From positions 7,938,001 to 8,002,000 of the forward strand of contig NC_087250.1 in the NCBI RefSeq assembly GCF_037042905.1: a DNA stretch of 64,000 nt, read 5' to 3'. Both the position numbers and the translations under genes were made by a program. Positions 14,643-26,600 of this stretch are shown here, piece after piece. Source of the DNA: Lytechinus pictus. Lineage: Eukaryota. The notes under the pieces were generated by a model. The model did not search any database. It was not told where the DNA came from and saw nothing but the letters and a program-made list of their open reading frames with translations. Every line of letters starts with the position of its first letter. Position 1 is the first letter of the stretch.

Positions 14643-15628
14643 TCCTATTGATTGCTACAATTTTAACACATTTGAATGAATCCTTTAAAATTTTCATTGA
14701 ACATATTTAGCTAAGTAATTCAACATTATAAATGTACAAAGTCAATATATTTAGTTAGATAAGTATGCTAATTGCCATGTAAAATCTTACAAATCCTAAT
14801 TCACAGTGAAACCTTGTTATTGGTCAAAATTAACTAAATCCTGTTATGACGAGGTAATTGCGCTGGTTCACATTCATAAACCATACTTTTTAACTAGTGT
14901 CCGATTTGTTATCATTCTTACAGAAAAAATCAAATGGACGTACGGCAACGGGAAGTGGAACAAGTGGTGAGATAATTGACCTGAAAAAGCAGTTGGAGAA
15001 ATCAAGGAGAGAGACTGAGGATCTGCAGGTGAAGCTGACTAAGGAGAAGGCAGTTAGGGAAAAGATACAGCAACAGCTGTTGTTTTTGCAAGGTACAGTA
15101 TTTCCTCCCATTATTTAGTATTCAAATGCTTGGACAATACCTCATAGTCATATACCTCACATATTCGTTAAACAAACCTTTAGTTTATGGTGCCCTTTTG
15201 AGCCCATTTAAATAATTCATGTTGAATAGTTGGTAAAAAAAAAAGTTGGAATGAGGGGACTTGTTCCATATGTTAACAACTCTGTATAAGCCTTCTGAAC
15301 TTTGTGAAATTCATGGAGTGGCTTCTTTTTCTGAGGTATCCCAATCTCTCAAAGAAGTTTTCTACTTTTTCTTATCTGTGTCATGATCTTATGTTTGTAT
15401 TAAATCTCCAGCTCTCTTCTCCATTCTAGAGTATTCAGCTTCGGTTTGGCAAATTTTTCTTCATATAATACCTTCATAGTTTTAAATAGTTCAATTTTTA
15501 GTGGTATGAATAAATATCTATGTTATTTTGTTTTTGTTCAAGGAGTGCCTAAATTCATCGAAACCTTTAAAGGGTTCATAGTGGATATGGAGGAGATGTC
15601 GAGACTCAAGGTATGTTGTGAATCTTAA

Positions 15629-16082
15629 GGGGTGGTCACACTGGACATGACTATACCCACGAATTTGCTGTATGCATGTGGTACGAACTAGTGCTCTATG
15701 TCTACTGTTCACATATTTGCCAATGCCATGAGAAAGCAGTAAGAATCCGATGACACTTCCATCAAGAATGGAGAAGAACCAGTACGATGTCTTGCGAACT
15801 CAGTATGATTGCAGTAAGAATGGTGGACAATACCTATGACATTCTTACTGCAATTGTACCAAGTGTGTAACCCTCGTACTGGTTCTTCTTTCTTGATGGA
15901 AGAGTATCGCATATTTACTGCTGTCTCACTGCATTCTTGTGGCATTCGCAAATATGCATACAGTATGCATTGAGCATATGTAGGTATGGTCGATACATGG
16001 CGAACTACGATCGTACAGGTTAATACCGCAGGCAAATGTGTACAGCATTTGTGGGTATAGTCATGACTGTGTGATCACTCCT
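15629..16082. mobile_element. MITE with GGGGTGGTCACAC inverted termini
   Basis: Imperfect TIRs extending over catgactatacccac; TTAA on the left. Confidence 0.6.
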
Positions 16083-16900
16083 TTAGGCAAAGCGATTCCA
16101 GGCCAGCGTGCATTTGTGTTTATGATGAATTACTCTGGATGGATCGTTATATTGTATAGGTCTATGAAAACTGAATCAGTGGGAATTAGTAACTATTTAG
16201 AAGTCATTTTTTAGAGGAGGAAACATGCATGCAAATCTCTTATGCTATTTGCTATTTTCTGTTTGCTTTTGTTTCCTTTGATTGCTTGACCTACTTTGCA
16301 GTAAAATCTTGGTAAATATTTGATGGTATGAAATATGGATTTTCGTTTTCATTGGCAGGCTGATCATGAAGAGATGAACTGTCCATCAGGAGGGTCATCT
16401 ACATCATCCTCGCCCGCTCGTTCCTCGCCCGTTCGTTCCTCCACCCAGTCCTCCACCCAATCCTCGCCATCATCAGCACGACCACAGGTAATTACTTCAT
16501 GTATAAATATTTTAGTTCGACTAAGTGGCCCAGATTCAAAAAGAAAATTTGTACATAACCATGATTAACATTGATTACTGCTCGTATACAAGATAACAAT
16601 TTCTAATTATATGATGGTTCGAGCTTGCAAATCGGCAAAATATTTCAGAAACATTTATTTGTTGCATTAAGTGTGTACTGTCAATATTGTTAACAGTATT
16701 TAGTCCTCACCAGGCCAGGTTAGTCTATAGCCCGCACCCCCCCCCCCCCCACAAGAAATCTCGGCCCCTTATAACGAGGTGTTTGGGACCATCGATTTTA
16801 CCTTGTCATAAGCGGTATCTCGTTATAAACGGCAGATTCAATAACACATATAGAAACACATTTACAATTGGGACCAAAGGATTCTCCTTGTTATAAGCGG

Positions 16901-17076
16901 TACAGGGAAACCCCGTTATAACGAACTCGCTTATAACGAGGGGAATCCTTTGGTCCCGATCGTAAATCTGTGTTTTATATGTATTATTAAATCTGCCGTT
17001 TATAACGAAGTACCGCTTAATATAACGAGGTAAATTTGATGGTCCCGACCACCTTGTTAAAACAGGGTTACCTGTA
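16901..17076. mobile_element. Tc1/pogo-like MITE (TACAG..CTGTA) nested in a related copy
   Basis: CAGGGAAACCCCGTTATAAC termini, repeated cgttataacga motifs, TA flanks. Confidence 0.6.
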
Positions 17077-19482
17077 CTTCATTATAAGCGAGCTCGTTAT
17101 AACAGGGTTTCCCAATATCATGATCACTTCTGACAGATGTACCCGTCCATTATGTAATTTTTACTCAGATTACAAAGCTACCAGCAATTTTGATTTGATA
17201 ATATTTTCTTCATTCATTGTTCGTTTATAGTGGAAAATGTGTGCCATCATGGACATTACATATTTGGGCAAATTATGTAATGGATCCTGATGGTACACAT
17301 TTTATGAAATAGCTGAACATTTGATGAGCCAAATGTTTGTAAACTTGTAGTGTATAAACTTGTTCATAGCTTTGTATTCAAAGTACAAGTTACATCCTTT
17401 AAATTGTGCGATAGCGGAAGCAGGATTTTTTATAGTTCGCAATCGAAGATCCATCTAGTTCATATTTGTAATGTCTTTGACTCTGGAATAGCCCGTATCA
17501 GCCTACTTATTATAAAAAGATATCACTGCCCAATCTATGCAGGGCTAGTGCTTAGCTTTTTATTTACAGGTGAACATAACACATTAAATATATTTGATCA
17601 TAGACTTGTGTGTTGTAGAACCTAACAAGTTTGTGGCTAATACAGAGCTTCTTTCTTATTTCTAGTGGCCAAATAAAATTTCAAGTGGCCATTGGCACCC
17701 AAGTCGTGCTATGATTCTCATTTACCTACCTTGACTATAATCTTTTTTTTTTTGTTTTTTACGTGTTCCTTTGCAGGTCATGTCAAGTCAAAGTTCCCAG
17801 GAGTGTCATCATCGGAAATCCGCATCGTTATGCGGAACAAAGTTGGCAACGAAATTAAGTTGGCCAAACGTAGATCTCAACCGAAAGAGAACCAAGCCAA
17901 AGAATTAAACCAAGAACCACAAGATGAGACCGAATGAAGCACTTTGTCAAGATGACTAATTAATTAATAATGAGCTAAGTCTTGTTACTTACTAATTATC
18001 CCCTGTTCACTGTCCAGAGGAGGCAAATTTGCGCGACCTGCCACATTCTTCGCACCATTCAGTGACGAGGTCAGTAACATGGGCCTGCCGAACACTGCCA
18101 GCATCAGAGGACTTAACAAGCACATGCATATTCTGTTCCAAATATAATTTAGTATGATCATCATGATGCGACCTATCCGAGTATGCCATGTTTGGTACGT
18201 TTCTGGCACTTCTGAATCGCCCGTCGCTCCTGTGTATTTTTTTGGTTGATTGGAATATGTTTTAGACCACAGGCATTGCTATAATGCTTGCTACAGACCA
18301 ACATTAAAAAAAATAATAATAATGTTTTAATAGGGGCCAGAATTATCCTTATCTGATATATTAAAGGTGCTCCTGCATCGTTTATCATACACACAGTGCC
18401 ATCTTGCGCACAAACTAGCCTAGTTCAAAATGGCGATCTGTAGCGTAGCATCCCAACGCTTGATGATCTTTAACATTTCACCTGTTTCTAAAGCTATTTT
18501 GATAAAAAGCTCTTCATGGGCCATCACATCAATTCTAGGCATGTATTGTGTTTTCCGTCCAGCTGGTACTAATATATTAAATTTTATGTTTTGGCATGTG
18601 GATATCAAATGACAGTGCGCACGCATCAATCAGTGTTCTTTGTTGGCACCCTTCTAAACAAATAAGTGTCAAGAACTTTCTTGTTGAGTAAATTTTGATC
18701 TGATAAGGAAACAATTTGAGATTTTTTTGTGCAAAAAATGGCATTTATATATGATCTACGGATAAAAGCCCAAATTCACCTTGAAGAATGGAATCAAATC
18801 AGACTAACAAGAAACTACGTCTCTTGGAAGACATCAAAATTTATATGGGGAACCTAAATTGCCTCAAACATGCATTGAAATTTGAGACATTTGGTATTGT
18901 TAATCTGGTCTTTAAACAAAAGCGAATGGAATTAAAATTGCTTTTGTTATGATTTTGAATGACGGGAATATACCAAATTATTTCATGTTCCGTACTCTAT
19001 TTGCCAAAGATATTGCTGAAATGTATTCATTGTGTGCTGAAAAATAACTTTGATAATGTGTATGCGTTTGACGCCATTTATTTAAGTGGCAAATTTCCTC
19101 TCGTCCTTTAAAAACTTTGCCTTGTGCCAAATAACAAAGTATGCTCATGTAACATTTTAAAGGCATTGTCTTCTATATGTGTACACAATATATTTACCCT
19201 ACTTATTTGTTGTGTAAGGTCACATTGATAAAGTGCTGTAACAAATATTGTTATATTATTGATAGATTATCTGTAGTAGTTATAAAAAAGTACTAAAGTA
19301 GAGATGTTAGATATCTTCATGTTTTTGTTGCAACTCAGTACAGATGTTTTTAACTACAGTTTTGAGATATTATTGATAGATTATCTGCTACAATTTCTAC
19401 ATATATGATTCATTTATTTATTTATGATTCATTATTTTAAATAATCATATTTTACTTCTATTTACTTACCTTGTCAAAGATT

Positions 19483-19932
19483 TTCTTTGCTCTTCATTAC
19501 CTATAATATATATTTATGTTCAGTTTAATTCTCCACTCAATTCAATCTTTATTTGGAAATAAAGATTGAATTGACTGTATTATTCGTGTTAATTATATAT
19601 TCAAAAAGCTGCATCACTTCGCCGTGATCCCTCGCATAGGCCTATAAAGTTGATTCTATCCTTTGGGTTTATGTCAGGTTTCTATAGCTTCTGACCATAC
19701 GAGCATTGAAAGTTAAGGGGTTTATGGGACGAATTATCGACTAGGGCCGTCCATAGCTCAGTCGGTAGAGCACCGGGCTAGCAATCCGGAGGTCTCGGGT
19801 TCGAATCCCGATGGAACCCCATTTTCTTTGCTCTTTATTACCTATAATATATATTTATGGTCAGTTTAATTCTCCGCTCAATTCAATCTTTATTTGGAAA
19901 TAAAGATTGAATTGACTGTATTATTCGTGTTA
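19483..19932 (+). mobile_element. 450-bp tRNA-containing retroposon-like insertion with ~110-bp direct terminal repeats
   Basis: 13-bp TSD CTTGTCAAAGATT (19470-19482, 19933-19945); the empty site is seen in the paralogous tandem unit near 20297; 341-bp period. Confidence 0.8.
19747..19819 (+). pseudogene. tRNA-Ala(AGC)-like sequence (SINE-type head or pseudo-tRNA)
   Basis: A box TAGCTCAGTCGG, B box GGTTCGAATCC, anticodon arm CCGGG-CTAGCAA-TCCGG, followed by TTTT; acceptor stem pairs only 4/7. Confidence 0.75.
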
Positions 19933-20729
19933 CTTGTCAAAGATTGGAAGGAACTTGATTGATGTATGTTTTTGTTCCAACTTGGATACAAGTACGTGTT
20001 TTACAACTCAACAGTTCTTGAAAATTTTATAGACTTTATATGAAGCGTAATCTCAACTTGCCTTTACCATAAACATTGTGCTCGAACCTAAAACTCGTTA
20101 GTTATAGTAGTTATAAAAAAGTACTAAAGTAGAGATGTTAGATATCTACATGTTTTTGTTGCAACTCAGTAGAGATGTTTTTAACTACAGTTTTGAGATA
20201 TTATTGATAGATTATCTGCTGCAATTTCTACATATATGATGCATGTGTTAAGTTTTAATGGTTTTAAATAATCATGTTTTACTTCTATTTACTTACCTTG
20301 TCAAAGATTGGAAGATTTATGTTTTTGTTGCAACTTTGATACAAGTACGTGGACAGTGTTTTACAACTCAACAGTTCTTGGAAATTGTATAGACTTTTTA
20401 TATGAAGCGTAATCTCAACTTGCCTTCACCACAAACATTGTGCGTGAACCTAAAACTCGTTAGTCATAGTTGTTATAAAAGTACTAAAGTAGAGATGTTA
20501 GATATCTTTGTTTTTGTTGCAACTCGAGTACAGATGATTTTCACTACAGTTTTTATCATGTAAAATATTAAGCATATAACTTTAACTTGCCTTTACTTCA
20601 ACCAACCATTCAGCCATTATGTGTGCTAAAACTTCAGGAATCCCGTTACCTCAACCAACCATTTAGCCATTGTGTGTGCCAAAACTTAGTCATGTTAGTA
20701 AGAAAGTACATGATTACAGATGTTAAAAC

Positions 20730-20761
<32 letters not shown>

Positions 20762-22367
20762 CTCAAAATAAACTTTTTATAATATTAATACTTTTGTAAT
20801 TTTCTTATTACTGTGATTAAGCTAAATGAAATTGTGATCGTTTTCATAAAGGTGTGCAAGTACCGCAGTAGCACCAGGGTAGTACCATGGTACAGGTACC
20901 ACGGTACTATCGCAGTACTATCGCAGTACAGGTTTACAGGTACAGCGGTACTACTGCGGTAGTACCGCAGTATAGGTACCGCGGTACTACCGCAGTACAG
21001 GTACCGCGGTACTACCGCAGTACAGGTACCGCGGTTCTACCGCAGTACCTGTACTGCGGTACTACCGCAGTATAGGTACCGCGGTACTACCGCAGTACAG
21101 GTACTGCGGTACTACGGCAGTACTACTGCGGTACTACCGCAGTATAGGTACCGCGGTACTACCGCAGTACAGGTACCGCAGTACAGGTACCGCAGTACAG
21201 GTACTGCGGTACTACTGCAGTACTACCGCAGTATAGGTACCGCGGTACTACTGCAGTACTACTGCGGTACTACCGCAGTATAGGTACCGCGGTACTACCG
21301 CAGTACAGGTACTGCGGTACTACCGCAGTACCTGTACTGCGGTACTACTGCAGTACTACCGCAGTATAGGTACCACGGTACTGCGGTACTACCGCAGTAC
21401 CTGTACTGCGGTACTACCGCGGTACTACCGCAGTAGTACCGACCAATTTACCACGAGTACTACCGCAGTACTTGTACTGCGGTAGTACTGCGGTACTTGT
21501 ACCGCAGTACTACCGCAGTACTTTTTTACAAGGGTAAGCATTCGGCCCATTTTTGGTGTTTTAAAAAGCACATTTGCTCTAATAAAAATGCTGATAGTTT
21601 AAAAACAAGCACATGAACCCCTATTTTTTAATGTTTCTACCTCTTAGGTATACCTTCCTCTACAACTCTGCAAATTTTGGTGAAAATGACATGGATTTTG
21701 AATAAAGTGCAGCATTTATTGTACGTTTGTATTTTGTTACTGAAATTTTACATTTTTCAGATTGGGATTTTGTTATCTTTTACGCCATTTTTAAGAACTG
21801 ACAGTGCTGTTAAACTTAAAATTGCAAACAAATAGCACTATTAATAGATTCTCCATTCCAACGATACAATTATTAACTCTCTTGCGAAATTTGATGACTT
21901 TTTCATGTATTTTGAATGAGTAATGGAGGTTTAAACTCATTGTAGTAATCTTAGGCGGTCTAAAAATGTCAAATTCTTTTGAATGCGCAATTCTTAAGAA
22001 CATCAATTTGGGTGAACTTTGAAGCTCTATAGCAAAAAATCAAGCACATGGACCTATGTTAATTTTTGCATATTTCGAATATTAAGGTTCTAAAGTATCT
22101 ATGTGCAAAGTTTGGTGAAAATGACATGGATTTCACTTTAACTGTGGAACGTCCTTAATTTGATTTTTTTTCATAGTGTATGCAGTAAAATAATATGTCT
22201 GCATAGTCCATAGTTTTATACCATGGTACATTTGGAACTTCTTGCAAGAATTTCTCTGTGTTTTTTTGTTTATTTAAAACCCTTCTTAAACAAAGGATGA
22301 GCTGAAAATGATATAATCCTTTTAGGTCGCTATCTATATCCAATTACTGAATTCGTAAAGTAAGTAG

Positions 22368-23260
22368 GCATTTGAGCGTGAGATGAATAAGGTTTAGGTG
22401 TTAAGTATAGTTTGGGTCAGTGTGGGTGAGTGGGATGATATGAGAGTATAGACATTTGAGTGTGAGATGAATAAGGTTTAGATGTTGAATTTAGTTTGAG
22501 TCAGGGTGGGTAGGTGTGGGATGATATGAAATAAGCTAGGTTGAATTTGAGTGTGAGGTGAATAAGGTTTAGGTGTTGAATGTAGATTGTGTCAGGATGA
22601 GTTGGAGTGGGATGATGTAAGTCTAGACAATTAGACATTTGAATGTGCGATGATTTTGGTTTAGGTGATTCCTTCTCATTCCCGAGCTGGCATTTTAAAG
22701 TGGGGGTTGGGGCAGGGTGTGTGTGTGATGATAATGAGAGAAGGCATTTGAGTGTGAGATGAATAAGGTGTAGGTGTTGAATGTAGTTTGCATGCTGGGT
22801 CAGGGTGAGTGAGTGGAAGTGGGATGATGTAAGCTAGACATTTGAGTGTGAGATGAATAAGGTGTTGAATGTAGTTTGGATCATGGTGGGTAGGTGTGGG
22901 ATGATATAAGAGTAGACATTTGAGTGTGAGATGAATAAGGTGTTGAATGTAGTTTGAGTCAGAATGAGTGGGTGTGGGATGATAATGAGAGAAGGAATTT
23001 GAGTGTGAGATGAATAAGGTGTAGGTGTTGAATGTTTGGGTCAGGGTGAGTTGGACTAGGATGATATGGTGTAGACATTTGAGTGTGAGATGAGTAAGGT
23101 TTAGGTGTTGAATGTAATTTGGGTCAGGATGAGTGGGTGTGGGATGATGTAAGCTAGACATTTGAGTGTGAGATGAATAAGGTGTTGAATGTAGTTTGGG
23201 TCAGGGTGGGTGGGTGTGGGATAATATGAGAGTATATATACAGGCATTTGAGTGTGAAAT
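22368..23260. repeat. ~60-70-bp minisatellite (catttgagtgtgagatgaataaggt...)
   Basis: About 13 degenerate tandem units. Confidence 0.85.
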
Positions 23261-23379
23261 GAATTAAGTTTAGGAATAAGGTGTACGTTGAATGTATATT
23301 CGTGTATTCATCCATTCTGCTCATAATATGATTTTATGTTTCGGTTTGTCATATATTAAGCATTTTTGGTGTGCTTAAA

Positions 23380-23619
23380 ATGGCAATCCATACCCCGGGC
23401 TGAATATAATGTGATTTGAATAGACCATAGAGATTCATCTCTGTAGATCAGAAAAAACTTCAAGTATCTTCCGAAGATGTATACAACGCGGTCGTCCGAT
23501 ATCGCCTGTCCCAGATGATGACGTCACGGTTTAGGAAGAAGTGAGTTAATGTTTACGAAGTCTCGGTGAAGTTAGGTGTCATTTGTTTGGGATCAGAACA
23601 TTTGTGAGCCATCACCACA
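23380..23619 (+). promoter_or_regulatory. Likely TBC1D9 promoter/5'UTR, with a palindromic CRE-like TGACGTCA near 23519
   Basis: Locally CpG-richer sequence directly upstream of the start codon; TSS not determined. Confidence 0.35.
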
Positions 23620-23663
23620 ATGTGGGTTCGTCCGGAAGAGGTTCTCATTGCGAATGCACTTTG
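23620..23663 (+). CDS. TBC1D9: TBC1D9 coding exon 1 ([15 protein letters not shown])
   Basis: ATG at 23620, donor gtgagt at 23664; family N-terminus. Confidence 0.9.
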
Positions 23664-26600
23664 GTGAGTAAAATAAACTTTTAATTTACTGCTTTGACTC
23701 TCTCATTACACCGGGAAAAGTTAGGCCGAAGAGGCAGATTAAAAGTAAAGCGTGTCCCATGCATATGTTTTGGTGTTGTGTTCTAGTATTGATCGAATCT
23801 TCTGCGTGGCGTGTATGCATGTGTTTGTGAGGTGTGTGTGTTGGGGGGGGGGGGGGGGGGGGCGTGTTTGAACCAAACATTAAACCTGTATTTCTTCAAT
23901 ATTCCACACAAATTTCATGTGATATTGTTCCTTATTATTATGAAGCTAAGCCTAAGGGTATTTATAAAATAAATCTCAAAGAAATGAGCAGAATTGTAAA
24001 TTTGTATTTTTTGGAAAAAACAAAACCAAAATGAACACTGCAATCATGGCAATTGAATTGCCAAAAAGGCAATTGGTGATTTCAAGTATGGTGTTGAAAT
24101 GTGGTGTTGGTGTGAGCCACAGCACCGTACTTGTCTTGAAATGATGCTGGTGTTAGGAATAGATTGACCTTGGAAAATATTAAGACGTATTTCTGGCAGA
24201 TTGTGTTGAGCGCTGGTGTTGAATGTCGTCTGCTGAATGGAACATCACACTTCACAGACACAGCACAGCGACAAATTGTGTACAACGGATAGCGGAGCGT
24301 TCAACGCTAGCGGTCGTGTACATTTTGCTTATTACATGACGTCATCCAGCCGGCAGCCTTTGCCGAGAGCCAATTTATGAATGAAAATATAGTAAGCATG
24401 CGTAGTGCAAGCCTTCCCTTTCCCCACACAGTATTCCACCAAAACATGTGTGCAATTCTCTATCACCTCGTACCTAAATCGACCTAGAATTTCACTTTCT
24501 TATATTCTATATGAATTATGAAAGGTATTCTCGGAGGATCTATTTTCTCACAGATACCGCACAGGTAAGCGAATTTCGATTACTTCTTGCTTTTCCGTCA
24601 AAATCTTACGAATTAGCGTCGATATGGCATCGTGTTCGTTGGAATTCGTAGAGTCTATCGCAACGTGCACAAAGTCAATTGGCTTCCAAGTTTCGGAGCG
24701 TCGCGTGAATATGCATGAAATCGCAGAGTTTCGATAATTTTCGATCGATATCGGAGCGATCCGATCACGAACCAAGACCATTTCCCGCGTACACAACGTG
24801 ACCGTACATCGTTATCGCTATCGATACTTCCGCACGCAGTCCGAAGGAATTATTTTGGCGACCACGTAGTCATGACGTGATCTGCTCGATTGACCAATCA
24901 GCGGTCTCCGAATCGCTGTGCGGAGACGATCTATCCGTTGTACACAGTCTATGGACGATTTGTCGTTGTGCACAGCTGGTGTAGCCAGGAGGCTCCAGCA
25001 GAGTAAAAATCATTCTACTAACGTGCGCTTACTCTCCACGGAGCCAGGTATCGCGTCCCATTCATGTGCGTGTACCGCGAAAAAATCTGAAACTTTCGCC
25101 CCCGAGATTTCTACTTTCCTTCTAAAAGATCTAGCCTGGCTAAATCATGTAAATGGGATACAACTTCATTTCTGACATTTCTACGATATTTAGTTCATTT
25201 TTAAACAAGAATTCATTAAAAAATCGAGAAAAATATTTATGAAAATATGGGAGAAACTTGCTTGATGTTTACGCCGCCATCTTGTTCTTATTTAGGGACA
25301 GTGATTTTCCGTTTTACCGGTAATTAAAACGGAAATTCCGTTTGGTTCTTATACTTTTCATGTTAAAATTCATGGAATTCACCTTTGCAAAACGGAATTC
25401 AGGTTTTTGCTGTGTACATAATCAGTGACAAGACGGAATTTCCATTTTTAGATCAAGTTGAAACGGAATTACAGATTTTCAGAAACGGAAAGGACCATTT
25501 TTTGAAACGGGAAATCACTGTCACAATAAGTTATTGTTCTTCGCCAATGTTACAGATGAACGTTGGGATAACCAGTCGTTCTTAAAGTCACTCTTTCATA
25601 AAGCTGTTTGTAAGTTACGACTGACTTTACAAACAACTGATGACCCTTTGAAACTTAACACCAATTGAAATCTGGTTTCATCATTTACCACAAGAGAGGA
25701 TCACCTGTCGGTTGCAAAGTCACTCGTAAATTACGAACAGAATTATGAAATACCCAACCGGAACTCTAGAAACCAGGTGGGTGTTTCATAAAGCTGCTCG
25801 TAAAGTTACGCAGAACTTTACGCATGACTGGAACATGTTCTTAGGTCATAAATGAATGACATAGGGATGTGTCATTTAGCACAAGAAGGGGTCACCAGTC
25901 GTGCGTAAAGTCATTCGTATCTTGCGAACAGCTTTATGAAACACCCACCTGGTGGTTGATTCATGAAGCTGAACGAGTGACTTTACGCACGACTGGTGAC
26001 CCTTTCTTGTGCTAAATAAGACATTCCTATTTGGTCAACTTTGCACCTAAGAACACATTCCAGATGGTCGTTTGTAAAGTCGTTCGTAACTTATGAAGAG
26101 TTTTATGAAACACCAAACCAGGGATGCTGTATATGTCTTGCCCTACATTACATCTGAATAATCAAATATACGATCGAGAAAGACCATATTTTCATTTTTA
26201 TGACAGGATCACGGAGCGAGCGAACCCGTATTTTGCCCTCCAGAGGCGGAAGGGACATGGAGGGGGTGGGTTGACTTCTCTTGTTATTGGAACTCTGGAC
26301 TCGGTCCTTGACAACAAGTCTGCTCCGTACCGTATCCTTCATCAGACGCCGCAATCGGAGCTTTACCATAGTAAGTACATGATGTAGATTGATGTTTATC
26401 ACAATACTGATAATGATGACGATGAAGGTGATGATGATGATGCTGATGGTGATGAATGATGATGATGATGGTTGCAAATGGTGATGGTAACAATGATGTT
26501 GGTGATGATGTTGAAGATAACAATGAGACTGGTGATTATGATGATGATGGGGCTGGTGGTGGTGATTATGATGATGATGATGACCGTGATGATGATGATG

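Larger units (their letters stand above)
8647..17937 (+). pseudogene. Transposon-borne spliced gene for a coiled-coil/BEN-domain-like protein; exons 8647-8848, 12125-12297, 12763-12840, 14924-15092, 15543-15610, 16359-16487, 17777-17937
   Basis: Phase-compatible GT-AG exons 1-6; basic GRGKRKKK plus acidic tract; coiled coil; last exon HVKSKFPGVSSSEIRIVMRNKVGNE resembles a BEN C-terminal helix; in-frame TAA in exon 3; phase mismatch before the last exon. Confidence 0.65.
19270..20550. repeat. Degenerate ~360-bp tandem triplication within the large transposon
   Basis: gttataaaaa(a)gtactaaagtagagatgttagatatct recurs at ~19278, ~20110 and ~20473. Confidence 0.75.
7694..21534. mobile_element. 13.8-kb DNA transposon, CMC/EnSpm-like, apparently non-autonomous
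   Basis: 21-bp TIR CCCTTGTAAAAAAGTACTGCG; TA on both sides; GTACCGCGGTACTAC-type subterminal arrays at ~7707-8121 and ~20860-21520; internal spliced gene. Confidence 0.85.
7376..22154. mobile_element. TTAA-flanked MITE (Kolobok-like, ~0.9 kb) split by the 13.8-kb element
   Basis: 16-bp TIR GGACGTTCCACAGTTA / TAACTGTGGAACGTCC, TTAA on both sides. Confidence 0.8.

Noticed and set aside
19747..19819. Functional tRNA-Ala gene
   Set aside because: The acceptor stem has three terminal mismatches and the unit lies inside a TSD-flanked insertion.
22676..23161. 161-aa His/Thr-rich ORF
   Set aside because: It is a translation of a minisatellite.
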